Made by a program: the position numbers and the translations under genes. From a virus: 64,000 nucleotides of DNA. The first letter of the stretch is position 1, and every line of letters begins with the position of its first letter. The notes under the pieces are model-generated. The model was not told the DNA's origin and made no database searches. It saw only the letters and a program-made list of their open reading frames with translations. Of the stretch, positions 26,801 to 34,726 are shown piece after piece. Location of the stretch: IMG/VR virus record IMGVR_UViG_3300032282_006516, positions 57,429-121,428 of that record; one strand, given 5' to 3'.

Positions 26801-29800
26801 TTGCAGCGCCTTCTCCGCTTTGGGCAGTTCCTTTGCTACGTCGATGCGGTCCAGGAGGAGCTTGATACCGGCACCACCCGTCACCCCGGCCTTAGTGTCC
26901 GTAAGACCGCCATTCGCGGCAACGCCCTTTTCGCCGTGAATGACCGCCGTGAAGTCTTTAGCGGACAGACCCGTTAGATGCCGAATCGGCGCCTCAAACA
27001 AAGGATTCGGAAGCGGCTCGGCAAGCCCAATCCGCGTCCACTGACGACCGCCGTGCCCACCGGTCAGGTGCTCATCGAACAAGCCGCCCGGCTTCGGCAT
27101 GGGGTCGCCGTTCTTGTCCGTCTTCGACAGCAGCAAATCGGCCGGATTAGGCAACTCTTTCTTTGCCAGCTGTTTGATGTGCGCGTCCGTCAGAGGAGAA
27201 AGAACAAGGTCATGCCCCTTCTTCTCGATGTTGATTCCAGACCCTTTCAGCATGTCGGTGAACTTCTGAAAGGCAAATGTCGGCTTGGGCGTCGGTAGAG
27301 GCCCACCCGTTTGAATCGCTGCCCAAATCTTGTCGTGGTCCGAAGGCCAGCGTTTTGCCGGATTCGTTTGTGCGTCCGGGCCTTCCGCCTTGTACGTCTG
27401 CATCTCGCGGATGTTCGCCGTCGCACCGTGCGCCAACAGCGCGTAGAGGCCGAGCGTACCCATCGACTGTCCGCCCGTTCCCGAGCCACTAGCCGGCTGA
27501 AGGTTCAGGTCGTACGTCTCGTGCGCCCCGCCCGGCAAGTTCATACCAGACCGCACCGAGAGCTTCTTCTCAACCTGATGCACGAGCTTGAGGTGGTGCT
27601 GCGGCCCCACCATGACCTTGCCGAGGGGCTGCTTCGTCACCGGGTCGAACAGTTCCTCTGTATCCGTCAAACCGTGCGCTTTGAGGTCCGCGCGCACCTT
27701 TCCCAACGCATCCGTGTTTGGCTCAAAGTTCTTGACGATGTAGGGCTTGCCCGTCTTCTCGACGATTTTCCCCGCAGCAGTTTCAAGCAACTGACCGACG
27801 TTCATACGGCCCGGAACACCCGAAGGGTTGAGCGCAACCTCGATGTGCTTACCGTCTTTCGTGTGCGGCATCTCCTGGTCCGGGAGGATCATCGTGACGA
27901 TGCCCTTGTTGCCGTACCGACCCGCCATCTTGTCGCCGACCTGCATCGGCTCGATGGTCCGTACGTGCACCGCGAGACCGTCCTTGCCCTTATGTACCCC
28001 GACAACCTCTCCGGGGAACTCACTGTCCCAACGAAGGCTCTTGTCCGTGTGCGCTCCGCTCATGCTGCGGCGGATGGCGGCCAAACCAGTGCGGTCTTTG
28101 ATGTTGTACGGCTTCATGGCCGCGATCAAAGGGTCACCCGGATGAACCGTCTGTCCGATTCTCACCACGCCCGAATCGTCGAGCTTTTCCAGCTGTTCCT
28201 TCTTGAATACTCCTGGATGTTCAAGATGAAACTTCTTCTTGTTTAGAACAAGGTCATCATCAAGCGGGATAGCGTTCTTCTGAAGGTGTGCGCTGGAGAG
28301 CTTCTGCGCCGCGCTTTCCGAGATGACGATTCCGTCCTCAAAGTTGTAGCCCTTGAACGGGATGTACGCCGTGCGGAGGTTGGTTCCGAGGGCCAATACG
28401 CCGTTCCGCGCGTAGTTCGTGTCCGCGATAACCTGGCCGCTTGTCACCTTGTCGCCAACCTTGACCAGAGGCGTCGAGTGCAACACGCCCTTGGCATCGT
28501 TGAGCGGGTAGTTGTTGTAGAGCTGCACTTCGTGGTGCTGGCCCTTGGCGTCTTGAAGAACGACCGCGTCTTTCTTCAGTTCAACCACTTTTCCGCTCAC
28601 GGGTGCTTGGTGCGATGCCTGCTTACCGAGCAGCGCCTCGAACGTAGGCGTGCTTTGCATCCCCGTGCCCACCTGCACCAGCGGGGCTTGCCGGTGTACG
28701 AGCGAAATCGCCTGTTCCATCTGGCGGCTCGCCATTGATGCACGACCGCCGCTCGTGTTCCCAAGGAACGGAACGAGGTTCGAGGTCATATTGAAAAGCT
28801 GCCAAGCGTGGGGCATCGCGTACTGCGCATCCGACACCTTGCCGTCACGAATCGCCGTACCGGCGCTCATGCGAACGGTGTCGTGTAGGGGCTTTGGCGT
28901 GCCGCCTTCCCAGCGAATCTGGTCCGGGAGAATGATGTTGGAAGTCGCGAACTTGGTTGGCGACACCATCTCCATCGCATTCGTCTTGAGGTTGTAAAGG
29001 CGAATCTTTGCCTCGTTTCCCTCTTTACGAACCCCAAGCGGCAGCCGCAGCGTCACGCCCGTCTTCGCACCCTCAGGCGTATTGATGGGGTCGAGATACC
29101 CGAGATGGCTCGGGTTGACGAACTTCGCCTCGTCTTCGATGCTGCGCTCGCTCTTAATGCCGCCCGTACCCATGATGGTCGTCTGCATCGCGGACGAGAC
29201 CATTTCGACGGGATTGATTTGCGTAGCAACGCGTGCCGCGCTGTTCTTATGAAACACGTCCCTGACGGGCGTGTTGAACATGTCGAACTTGATGATTTCG
29301 CGAATGTCTTTCGCTCCATCAATTTTACGTGCCGTCTTTGCTCGAACCGTTCGTCCGGCCTCGCGCAGCTTGTCGAAGGCGTAGTCACCCGTCGTACGCA
29401 AGTCCTTGAACACGAGCGAGTCCCGGTCATCTTCGGGATGACCGACGCTGACTTTCAAAAGTTTTTCTGTGGCGAGCTTCAACGTGTCTCCCGTCACATG
29501 AGAGAACGGCTTGCCGAGTGTAATCTCCGTCGCATCCGGACGAAGGTTTGACGCGCCCATGACCTGATGGAAATGCGCTGCCGCTTCTTCTTTGCTCGGT
29601 GCAGCGGTCTTCTTGGAGGTCTTGTAGAACGCCTCCAGGGCCGTGTTGACGCCACGTGCGTTCTTATTGGCGTCGAGGACTTCTTTTCCCCACGCCTTTT
29701 CCAGCTCACCGTCACTAACGCCGAGCGTCTTCAAAAACGGGTACAGCGGCAGCGACGCCTTGCTCGACCCATACTGCATCGAGAAGGTCTTTTTGGCCGG

Positions 29801-30247
29801 GTCGAACACCGTATCAAACGCACGCGCGCCCTTGCCCGTGACGTTGAAGTGGTTCTCCAGCTCACCGTTCGGCCGGCGCCGCGAATAGACACCGGACTTG
29901 AGCTGCCACTGGTTATCGACCTGATACTCCTGCCCATCAAGAATGTAACTGTACCGACTCGTCGTCAGCGGCAGCTCGGCGATGCGCACGCGGCGTTGGT
30001 CCACAGCCGCGCCGGTGTTTTTGTCCTTAAGCGTGAGGTGCGCGTAAACCGGCGCCGCCCATGAGTCACCGGCTACTTTTGCTGCATGTTGCCCGCGAAG
30101 GTCGTCAGGGTGCTTGAGCTTCGACACCTCTAGCTTGTCCAAATGAAGCGTCTGCGTTTTCCCTTCGAGCGGGAAATGCGCACGAATTCCCTCCAAGACA
30201 CGGTCCTGGAGATGCTGGGCGGCTTCGTTGGGGTCGAGGTAGGCCAT
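23813..30247 (-). CDS. rpoBC: DNA-directed RNA polymerase, beta and beta' subunits fused (2144 aa)
   Basis: beta motifs DPINTPEG, GYNFEDG, GDKMAGRYGNKG, LNPSGVPGRMNVGQ, followed in frame by beta' motifs GGLFDE, LKRDPALH, FNADFDGDTM (26033-26053) and QLTLKSFHTGG. Confidence 0.95.
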   Translation of the reverse strand: MAYLDPNEAAQHLQDRVLEGIRAHFPLEGKTQTLHLDKLEVSKLKHPDDLRGQHAAKVAGDSWAAPVYAHLTLKDKNTGAAVDQRRVRIAELPLTTSRYSYILDGQEYQVDNQWQLKSGVYSRRRPNGELENHFNVTGKGARAFDTVFDPAKKTFSMQYGSSKASLPLYPFLKTLGVSDGELEKAWGKEVLDANKNARGVNTALEAFYKTSKKTAAPSKEEAAAHFHQVMGASNLRPDATEITLGKPFSHVTGDTLKLATEKLLKVSVGHPEDDRDSLVFKDLRTTGDYAFDKLREAGRTVRAKTARKIDGAKDIREIIKFDMFNTPVRDVFHKNSAARVATQINPVEMVSSAMQTTIMGTGGIKSERSIEDEAKFVNPSHLGYLDPINTPEGAKTGVTLRLPLGVRKEGNEAKIRLYNLKTNAMEMVSPTKFATSNIILPDQIRWEGGTPKPLHDTVRMSAGTAIRDGKVSDAQYAMPHAWQLFNMTSNLVPFLGNTSGGRASMASRQMEQAISLVHRQAPLVQVGTGMQSTPTFEALLGKQASHQAPVSGKVVELKKDAVVLQDAKGQHHEVQLYNNYPLNDAKGVLHSTPLVKVGDKVTSGQVIADTNYARNGVLALGTNLRTAYIPFKGYNFEDGIVISESAAQKLSSAHLQKNAIPLDDDLVLNKKKFHLEHPGVFKKEQLEKLDDSGVVRIGQTVHPGDPLIAAMKPYNIKDRTGLAAIRRSMSGAHTDKSLRWDSEFPGEVVGVHKGKDGLAVHVRTIEPMQVGDKMAGRYGNKGIVTMILPDQEMPHTKDGKHIEVALNPSGVPGRMNVGQLLETAAGKIVEKTGKPYIVKNFEPNTDALGKVRADLKAHGLTDTEELFDPVTKQPLGKVMVGPQHHLKLVHQVEKKLSVRSGMNLPGGAHETYDLNLQPASGSGTGGQSMGTLGLYALLAHGATANIREMQTYKAEGPDAQTNPAKRWPSDHDKIWAAIQTGGPLPTPKPTFAFQKFTDMLKGSGINIEKKGHDLVLSPLTDAHIKQLAKKELPNPADLLLSKTDKNGDPMPKPGGLFDEHLTGGHGGRQWTRIGLAEPLPNPLFEAPIRHLTGLSAKDFTAVIHGEKGVAANGGLTDTKAGVTGGAGIKLLLDRIDVAKELPKAEKALQTAKTQEIDKTLKKVKYLRALKDLDMKPSEAYILHNIPVIPPVMRPVSTMPSGALKFADINQLYSDFAKVNDQLKNPTLARHTLDENKKSLRQDYYDGVKAIIGLGTSYADAKHKGLLHQVAGSSPKNGYFQDVLVNRRQDMTMRSTIVPEPALGLDEVGLPKNAALDLYRPFVVRKLKDMGAIQNELQGPALISKQTPAVWRALDKVMEERPVLLKRDPALHKYSVQAFKPKPVEGNAIKIHPLVTGGFNADFDGDTMSAYVPITREAVAEAHKMFPSNNLFSEATGQVMYQPTLESALGLYKLSLVGKDSGKSVKHPGEAVEAVRKGTLHVNDIVHLNGKPTTAGRILMASAVPSGMQQDVLHKMDYHIDKSGLNNLLTRIAKDHTPEYGTAVNQLKDLGNGMAFGSVSLPRSASAGHPFDLTKTVGKTPVATETKGVFVPVGAHTLSLEDFTPDRQARAQALDEAHKKVTAIYAKPGLSQSEKDHQAVTVYEKAERDMRALHEAKLEKNPTNLFTMYKAGVKPGWDQYKQMVLAPMIYKDSMDRKIPTPVTKSYAEGLDVGGYWTQMHGARRGSVMKVQEVQEPGYMSKLLMNNMMHLTVNEHDCGTDKGIALHINERDVHDRHLQQDFTHGSLHLPAGTLLTPDVVGKIRAAKKDAKIVVRSPLKCESEKGICQKCSGLDSGGHPYALGTNIGVHSAHAVGERAIQLTLKSFHTGGVGEQHGSKILNSFARFEQLMSLPQKLPNESSLAMTSGTITKIEPTTTGVDVFIGNRKHHVGKDAGGLPLHQNLPNAEAVAGYTHWNPPVVGAKVEAGDHLSDPNRTILNPHRLYEATGSMDKVQHHLANEIYGLYEKEGIKRRHVETVIKAMGNLTEIVHPGDHDSVLRGEYRPLSVVNRMNQNLVKQGLQPIEHKPVLKGISVMPLELQEDWMAKLQHQRLRTTLADAAALGEVSHIHGTHPIPGVVFGAEFGLTQKQSLQPGREHLKNVPGHHY

Positions 30248-30284
30248 GGGCGTTTGCAGCGTACCGCGCCCACTAGAACACGTG

Positions 30285-30311
30285 CAAGGTTCCGCCCAAG
30301 TCGGGGATAAG
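30285..30311 (+). promoter_or_regulatory. Candidate phage promoter CAA-N19-ATAAG (copy 3), divergent from the RNAP gene
   Basis: CAA 30285-87, ATAAG 30307-11. Confidence 0.5.
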
Positions 30312-30350
30312 AACTATGAGGCGCCGCATTTGCGCCTCAAGGAGACGACT

Positions 30351-30452
30351 ATGAGCGAAGAAGAAAACCAAGGAAATCGTTTTCAGGGTGACATCGACGA
30401 CCTCTTCGAATTTGACGCCCCGTTCTTCGACGAAGAACCGGATAGCGAATGA
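30351..30452 (+). CDS. Highly acidic 33-aa peptide
   Basis: AAGGAG RBS; MSEEENQGNRFQGDIDDLFEFDAPFFDEEPDSE; stop overlaps the next ATG. Confidence 0.55.
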   Translation: MSEEENQGNRFQGDIDDLFEFDAPFFDEEPDSE

Positions 30453-30556
30453 AAACATTCTGGTTGTTTTTCGTAGCAGGTGCCTTGAACGGCATTCTGC
30501 TCTGGATTCGAGAACACATGAGCACGAGGAATGATCCTCAACCCGTATCGGGATAG
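30449..30556 (+). CDS. 35-aa single-TM micro-protein
   Basis: ATGA coupling; MKTFWLFFVAGALNGILLWIREHMSTRNDPQPVSG; below the ORF-track cutoff. Confidence 0.45.
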   Translation: MKTFWLFFVAGALNGILLWIREHMSTRNDPQPVSG

Positions 30557-31121
30557 GGTCACGGCACTCCCAGGGACTCGGATACTGGAAGCCCTCACCG
30601 GGGTGGAAGGTGTCCGGGTCCCGGACCCTCAGAACATGTTTCGCATGTGGGAGGTGCAGACGCTGTATCTGCCCATCGCGGGACGCGCGCTCGGAGGAAT
30701 CCGAGCCAAACTGGTTGACCAGAAAGGTTTTGTTACCTTCTGCAATCAAAGGGATTTGGAAGTTCTTCTGGGATTCGGAACACCGGGCAGTTTCTGCCCG
30801 TGGTCCGGAACAAGATACGTGAGTCCCGACGACTCAGAATGGTTTGGGTTCTGCTGCGATGAAGAGGATCTTCGCGACGACTTGTTCGAGCGCGAGATGT
30901 TTCTCCGAGCGCAGACACCAGGCGGAGTGCTCATCTCCGCGCCGGGGTTTGACCTGACGCGGCGCATCCACATCAGCGCCACGTACGACGCGGAGGAAGT
31001 CTTCGTCTTTCTCCAGGACATGGACCCCGAGACGGGCTTCTTCCCGGACACCCGTTTCGAGACGCTCGAAAGGAGGTGGGCACGCTCAGAAAGGGAGCGT
31101 ATTCGATGGGAACGTATTTGA
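30531..31121 (+). CDS. Hypothetical protein (196 aa)
   Basis: ORF in the + strand early cassette. Confidence 0.6.
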   Translation: MILNPYRDRVTALPGTRILEALTGVEGVRVPDPQNMFRMWEVQTLYLPIAGRALGGIRAKLVDQKGFVTFCNQRDLEVLLGFGTPGSFCPWSGTRYVSPDDSEWFGFCCDEEDLRDDLFEREMFLRAQTPGGVLISAPGFDLTRRIHISATYDAEEVFVFLQDMDPETGFFPDTRFETLERRWARSERERIRWERI

Positions 31122-31678
31122 GTGCGCTCGACGAGACACAGCCCAGCGGCCACGTTTGCGCCGACTGCGGAGAGCCGCTGGGTCTCACCGATGAGGTTTG
31201 GATGGTGGGGGTTGCGCAGCCCCACCACCTGAACAACAAGGTGTTCTACTACCCAGTCCTGGACGAGGAAGACGGAGGGTTCATGTTTGAGCCTTTTTTC
31301 TTCTGCTTCGACTGCTGGGAAGGACATTACGCCGCGCTGCGCGAAGAGGTTTCGGATGACTTGCCCGTTGAAGACGCGGCGAGCGCATCGGAATGCCTCT
31401 GCTGCGGCAGCGGAATCCGAGACTGGGAATACGCCGGAGTGTTCACCCTCGGCGAATTCCGCTCTTCGCGTCGATCTCCTAACGGAGTCCGCGGCGCGAA
31501 GTTCGTGGAGATCCAAAAGACGGAGGCGCTCTGCCTCTACTGTCTGGTTCTCATCAACACAGGGCACATCGAGATGTGGGACGACGTCTCGCAATTCGAT
31601 GAGTGCGCTGATTGCATTCAGATGCGCTGCTGGAGATACGGCAGCTGCGACTGTTACTGCCACACCGACCAAGGATAG
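31106..31678 (+). CDS. Multi-CxxC (zinc-binding) hypothetical protein (~190 aa)
   Basis: CADC, CFDC, CLCC, CLYC, CADC..C..CDC..C; RBS AAGGGAG before ATG 31106. Confidence 0.65.
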   Translation: MGTYLSALDETQPSGHVCADCGEPLGLTDEVWMVGVAQPHHLNNKVFYYPVLDEEDGGFMFEPFFFCFDCWEGHYAALREEVSDDLPVEDAASASECLCCGSGIRDWEYAGVFTLGEFRSSRRSPNGVRGAKFVEIQKTEALCLYCLVLINTGHIEMWDDVSQFDECADCIQMRCWRYGSCDCYCHTDQG

Positions 31679-31682
31679 AAAA

Positions 31683-32837
31683 ATGCTCGAAGATGTACTT
31701 TCGGTTGTTCTCCTCACTCCCATGGACGACCCCGCGGATCCCACCTGCCGGTGGGGCGCACCCACGCTCTTCTGGGGTCCACCCGGCATCGGCAAGTCCG
31801 GACGGGTCGAGGCCGCCGGGGCGGCCGTCGACCTGCCCGTCGAGACCCTCTACCTCAGCACTCTCCAGCCCGAGGACCTCTCGGGCATCCCGATGCCGAC
31901 CAAGAAGGGTGAAGTCGAAAACGTCTGCTCGTTGCCCCAGGTCCGGGGCCTCACCGCCGCCGGCAAGGGCATCCTATTCCTAGACGAGCTGACCACGGCG
32001 CGCCCCGCAGTGCAGGGTGCCGGTCTCGGTGTCGTCTACAACAGGGTCGTCGCCGGCAAGCGGCTCCCGGGCCGCGTCCGTGTCATCGCCGCGGCTAACC
32101 CGCCGGAGGAGGCCGCAGGCGGGTGGGGGCTCGCCCCGCCCATGGCAAACCGGCTCCTGCACCTCGACATTACGCCCCCTACCGGCGAAGAGTGGGCGGC
32201 ATGGCTGCTGTCGGGAAGCGAGAAAACGCCTCCCATCGAAGCGGGAGAAAAGAAGGTCATTGAAGGTTGGGGGTCGGCGTGGCCCAAATACCAGGGGCTT
32301 GGCGCCGGTTTTGCCCGGCGTAACGCGAGCGCGCTCTACAAGCTGCCCCCCGAGGGTAGCAAGAACCGGGGAAAGGCATGGCCCAGCCCTCGGTCGTGGG
32401 AGGTGGCGCTCCGCGCCATGGCCACCGCCGAAGCGCTCGGCAAGCGCCCGCTTCAGCTCCGGCTCCTCGCCGCTTCGTGTGGTGAGGCCGTGACCAAGGA
32501 GTGGGCCGAGTGGGTGGCTTACGCCAACCTCCCGGACCCGGAGGACGCACTCAAGAACAACTGGAAGCCGGACCCGCGTCGGCTGGACGTCGCGTTCGCG
32601 GTCTACGGCGCTGCCATCGCCTTCGCGCTGGGCAAGAAAGACAAGAACTACGCAATCATGGCGTGGAAGCTCCTCCAGGGGGGCATCGACGCCGGGCTGC
32701 CGGACCTGGCACTGGCGCCGGCAACGGCGCTCGTTCGCGGCGGATGGGGCACAAAAGACCCCGCGGTGGCGGCGGTGTGCAGGCCCGTCATCGCGTTGTT
32801 CGGCGAGACGGGCCTCGCCAACTTCGTGGGGCGATGA
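31683..32837 (+). CDS. MoxR-like AAA+ ATPase (384 aa; start MLEDVL)
   Basis: GPPGIGKS Walker A, LFLDE Walker B, AAANP, ANRLLH arginine finger, PSPRSW. Confidence 0.85.
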   Translation: MLEDVLSVVLLTPMDDPADPTCRWGAPTLFWGPPGIGKSGRVEAAGAAVDLPVETLYLSTLQPEDLSGIPMPTKKGEVENVCSLPQVRGLTAAGKGILFLDELTTARPAVQGAGLGVVYNRVVAGKRLPGRVRVIAAANPPEEAAGGWGLAPPMANRLLHLDITPPTGEEWAAWLLSGSEKTPPIEAGEKKVIEGWGSAWPKYQGLGAGFARRNASALYKLPPEGSKNRGKAWPSPRSWEVALRAMATAEALGKRPLQLRLLAASCGEAVTKEWAEWVAYANLPDPEDALKNNWKPDPRRLDVAFAVYGAAIAFALGKKDKNYAIMAWKLLQGGIDAGLPDLALAPATALVRGGWGTKDPAVAAVCRPVIALFGETGLANFVGR

Positions 32838-34141
32838 GTCACCATGTGAAGATGGCCTCTGCACGGGCGTACGTCCTGCAGAAGGCGCCGTACTTTTCCA
32901 GCGCGGTCTACGCGCTGGTCCCCAAACCCATGCCGGGAATCAAGACGATGCTCGTGACCAAGCAACTGGTCATGGGCTACGACCCGGCCTGGGCGGAGCG
33001 GGCAACAGTGGAGGAACTCGGCGCCGACATCGCGCATGAGGTCAACCACTTCTTGCGCCACCATTTCGAGCGGGCCGGGAAGTGCGACCCATCGCTGTGG
33101 AACATCGCGGGCGACCTCGCCATCAACCCCAACCTGCGCAACGCGGGTTGGCAGTTGGCGAAGGACGCCATCTTTCCGGAGAGTTTCAACCTTCCGGAGG
33201 GCAAGTCCGCGGAGGAGTATTACCAGCTCCTCCGCAACGCGCAACTGCAACAGCCTCAGTTGCAGGACGCCCCCAAACAGGGCGAAAAGCCGCAACCGCC
33301 GCAACCCGAAGGAGGCCCCGAGGAACAGGACGGCGGAGGGCAACCCATGTCCCCACCACCTCCCGCGGTGCCGAAACCAGGCACCGGTCGGTGCGGTTCC
33401 ATCGGGGGACACAGCGACCCCGAAATCGAAAAAGCACTGGAGAAGGAAGAAGGCCTCGGGCGCGACCCCGCAGAAATGCAGGGCATCGCCCAGAGGACAC
33501 TTCACGACGTCAAAGAGCACGCGGCAAAACACGGCCGCGGGTCGGTTCCGGGAGACCTCCTGGAGCACCTCAAAGCGTTTGAGGAAGTGAGCAAGGTTCA
33601 CTGGAAGGACCTGCTCGCGCACATCATTCGCGACGCAACGGGACGCTTCCAAGCAGGCGGGGATGATTTCTCGCTACGCCGACCATCGAAGCGTTCCTGC
33701 ACACGCGGCTTCTTACGGCCTGGGCTCATCGAGCACCTGCCGGAAGTTGCCATTGTCCGGGACACGTCCGGGAGCATGGGGCAGAAACAACTCGCGGATG
33801 CAACGCGCGAGGCGTACGCCATCATGCAGGCGCTCAGTATCGAGGAGGTCTGGTTCGCCGATGCGGACACCGCCCTCGCGATGCCGTGGCGCCGAGTCGG
33901 CGGACAGTTCTTCAAGACGCTTACCGAAGCCAAGGGACGAGGCGGAACAGACTTCCAGCCCGCAATCGACAGCGCGCTGACACTTCAGCCGCGTCCCAAC
34001 GTGATTGTGTACGTGACCGACGGCGACGGCTCGGTGGCGGAGTTTCCGCCGCCTGATGTCGAAGTCGTCTGGGTCATCGTGCCCAGCTACTACAAGAAGC
34101 CCCCTGCTACGTGGGGGAAAACGGTCTTCGTAGAAGACTAA
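32834..34141 (+). CDS. HExxH metallopeptidase-like + vWA domain protein (DUF2201-like; start MSHHVK)
   Basis: HEVNH; Pro/Gln linker; MIDAS DTSGS, GGTDF, VTDG; ATGA coupling to the AAA gene. Confidence 0.85.
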   Translation: MSHHVKMASARAYVLQKAPYFSSAVYALVPKPMPGIKTMLVTKQLVMGYDPAWAERATVEELGADIAHEVNHFLRHHFERAGKCDPSLWNIAGDLAINPNLRNAGWQLAKDAIFPESFNLPEGKSAEEYYQLLRNAQLQQPQLQDAPKQGEKPQPPQPEGGPEEQDGGGQPMSPPPPAVPKPGTGRCGSIGGHSDPEIEKALEKEEGLGRDPAEMQGIAQRTLHDVKEHAAKHGRGSVPGDLLEHLKAFEEVSKVHWKDLLAHIIRDATGRFQAGGDDFSLRRPSKRSCTRGFLRPGLIEHLPEVAIVRDTSGSMGQKQLADATREAYAIMQALSIEEVWFADADTALAMPWRRVGGQFFKTLTEAKGRGGTDFQPAIDSALTLQPRPNVIVYVTDGDGSVAEFPPPDVEVVWVIVPSYYKKPPATWGKTVFVED

Positions 34142-34148
34142 GAGAGAC

Positions 34149-34170
34149 GGGCGCCTCTTCGGGGGCGCCC
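34149..34170 (+). terminator. GC-rich hairpin with UUCG loop
   Basis: GGGCGCCTC-TTCG-GGGGCGCCC just after the vWA gene. Confidence 0.55.
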
Positions 34171-34176
34171 ACTCAT

Positions 34177-34203
34177 CAATTAGCTCCTCATTCTAGGAAT
34201 AAG
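34177..34203 (+). promoter_or_regulatory. Candidate phage promoter CAA-N19-ATAAG (copy 4)
   Basis: CAA 34177-79, ATAAG 34199-203; lies between a terminator and the next + gene. Confidence 0.5.
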
Positions 34204-34221
34204 AAAGATGAGGAGGCCACT

Positions 34222-34671
34222 GTGGAAATTTTGTCATGGTACTTGGTGCAGCTAGGGTGGTGGATGGTTTGTGTTTTGGCGAGTGACCCCGGGCGGGCCC
34301 TCGCTATTGCCGAACGGCAAGTCCCGGACGGCGCGCCCGCACGGGGCACTTGGAAAGTGACCTGGTACGCGGCGGGGTCCGCGTACGACCGGGTCCTTCA
34401 AAAAATCCCGATGAGTTTCGAGAGTACTGACGCGGAGGAAAGTCGCCTGGCGGTGACCGCCAGCGCAGCAACAGCCTGCGTCCGGGGACTCTTGATTGAG
34501 GGTGTAAATGCCCGTCAGATCGGGTCGTACGTCTGGGTAGAGGGGATGAGCATCGCCCGAGTCTTCGCTGATGGCGAAGAGTTCTGGGTTGAAACGGATG
34601 TGTACCGGTGCGAACTGCATGCACAGGTATGGCAGCAGCCTCTCAAGAAGCTGCTGCGCCCAAGATGCTAA
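34222..34671 (+). CDS. Hypothetical protein (~149 aa, GTG start)
   Basis: GAGGAGG RBS before GTG 34222. Confidence 0.6.
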   Translation: MEILSWYLVQLGWWMVCVLASDPGRALAIAERQVPDGAPARGTWKVTWYAAGSAYDRVLQKIPMSFESTDAEESRLAVTASAATACVRGLLIEGVNARQIGSYVWVEGMSIARVFADGEEFWVETDVYRCELHAQVWQQPLKKLLRPRC

Positions 34672-34697
34672 AAGAGCGCGTCTGCACGACGCGCTCG

Positions 34698-34724
34698 CAG
34701 GGCACACGCCCTGTTTTAGCCTCT
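34698..34724 (+). terminator. Intrinsic terminator with TTAGCCTCT tail
   Basis: CAGGGC-ACAC-GCCCTG-TT-TTAGCCTCT. Confidence 0.6.
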
Positions 34725-34726
34725 AG

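Noticed and set aside
23813-30247. Cellular rpoB/rpoC locus, i.e. bacterial chromosome or prophage flank
   Set aside because: No ribosomal-protein neighbours; flanked by spike and phage genes; motifs diverged; no integrase or host genes in the window.
31287-31682. Upstream extension of the AAA ATPase ORF (and 32501..32833 for the vWA gene)
   Set aside because: Overlaps genuine upstream genes; better starts at 31683 and 32834 with coupling or RBS.
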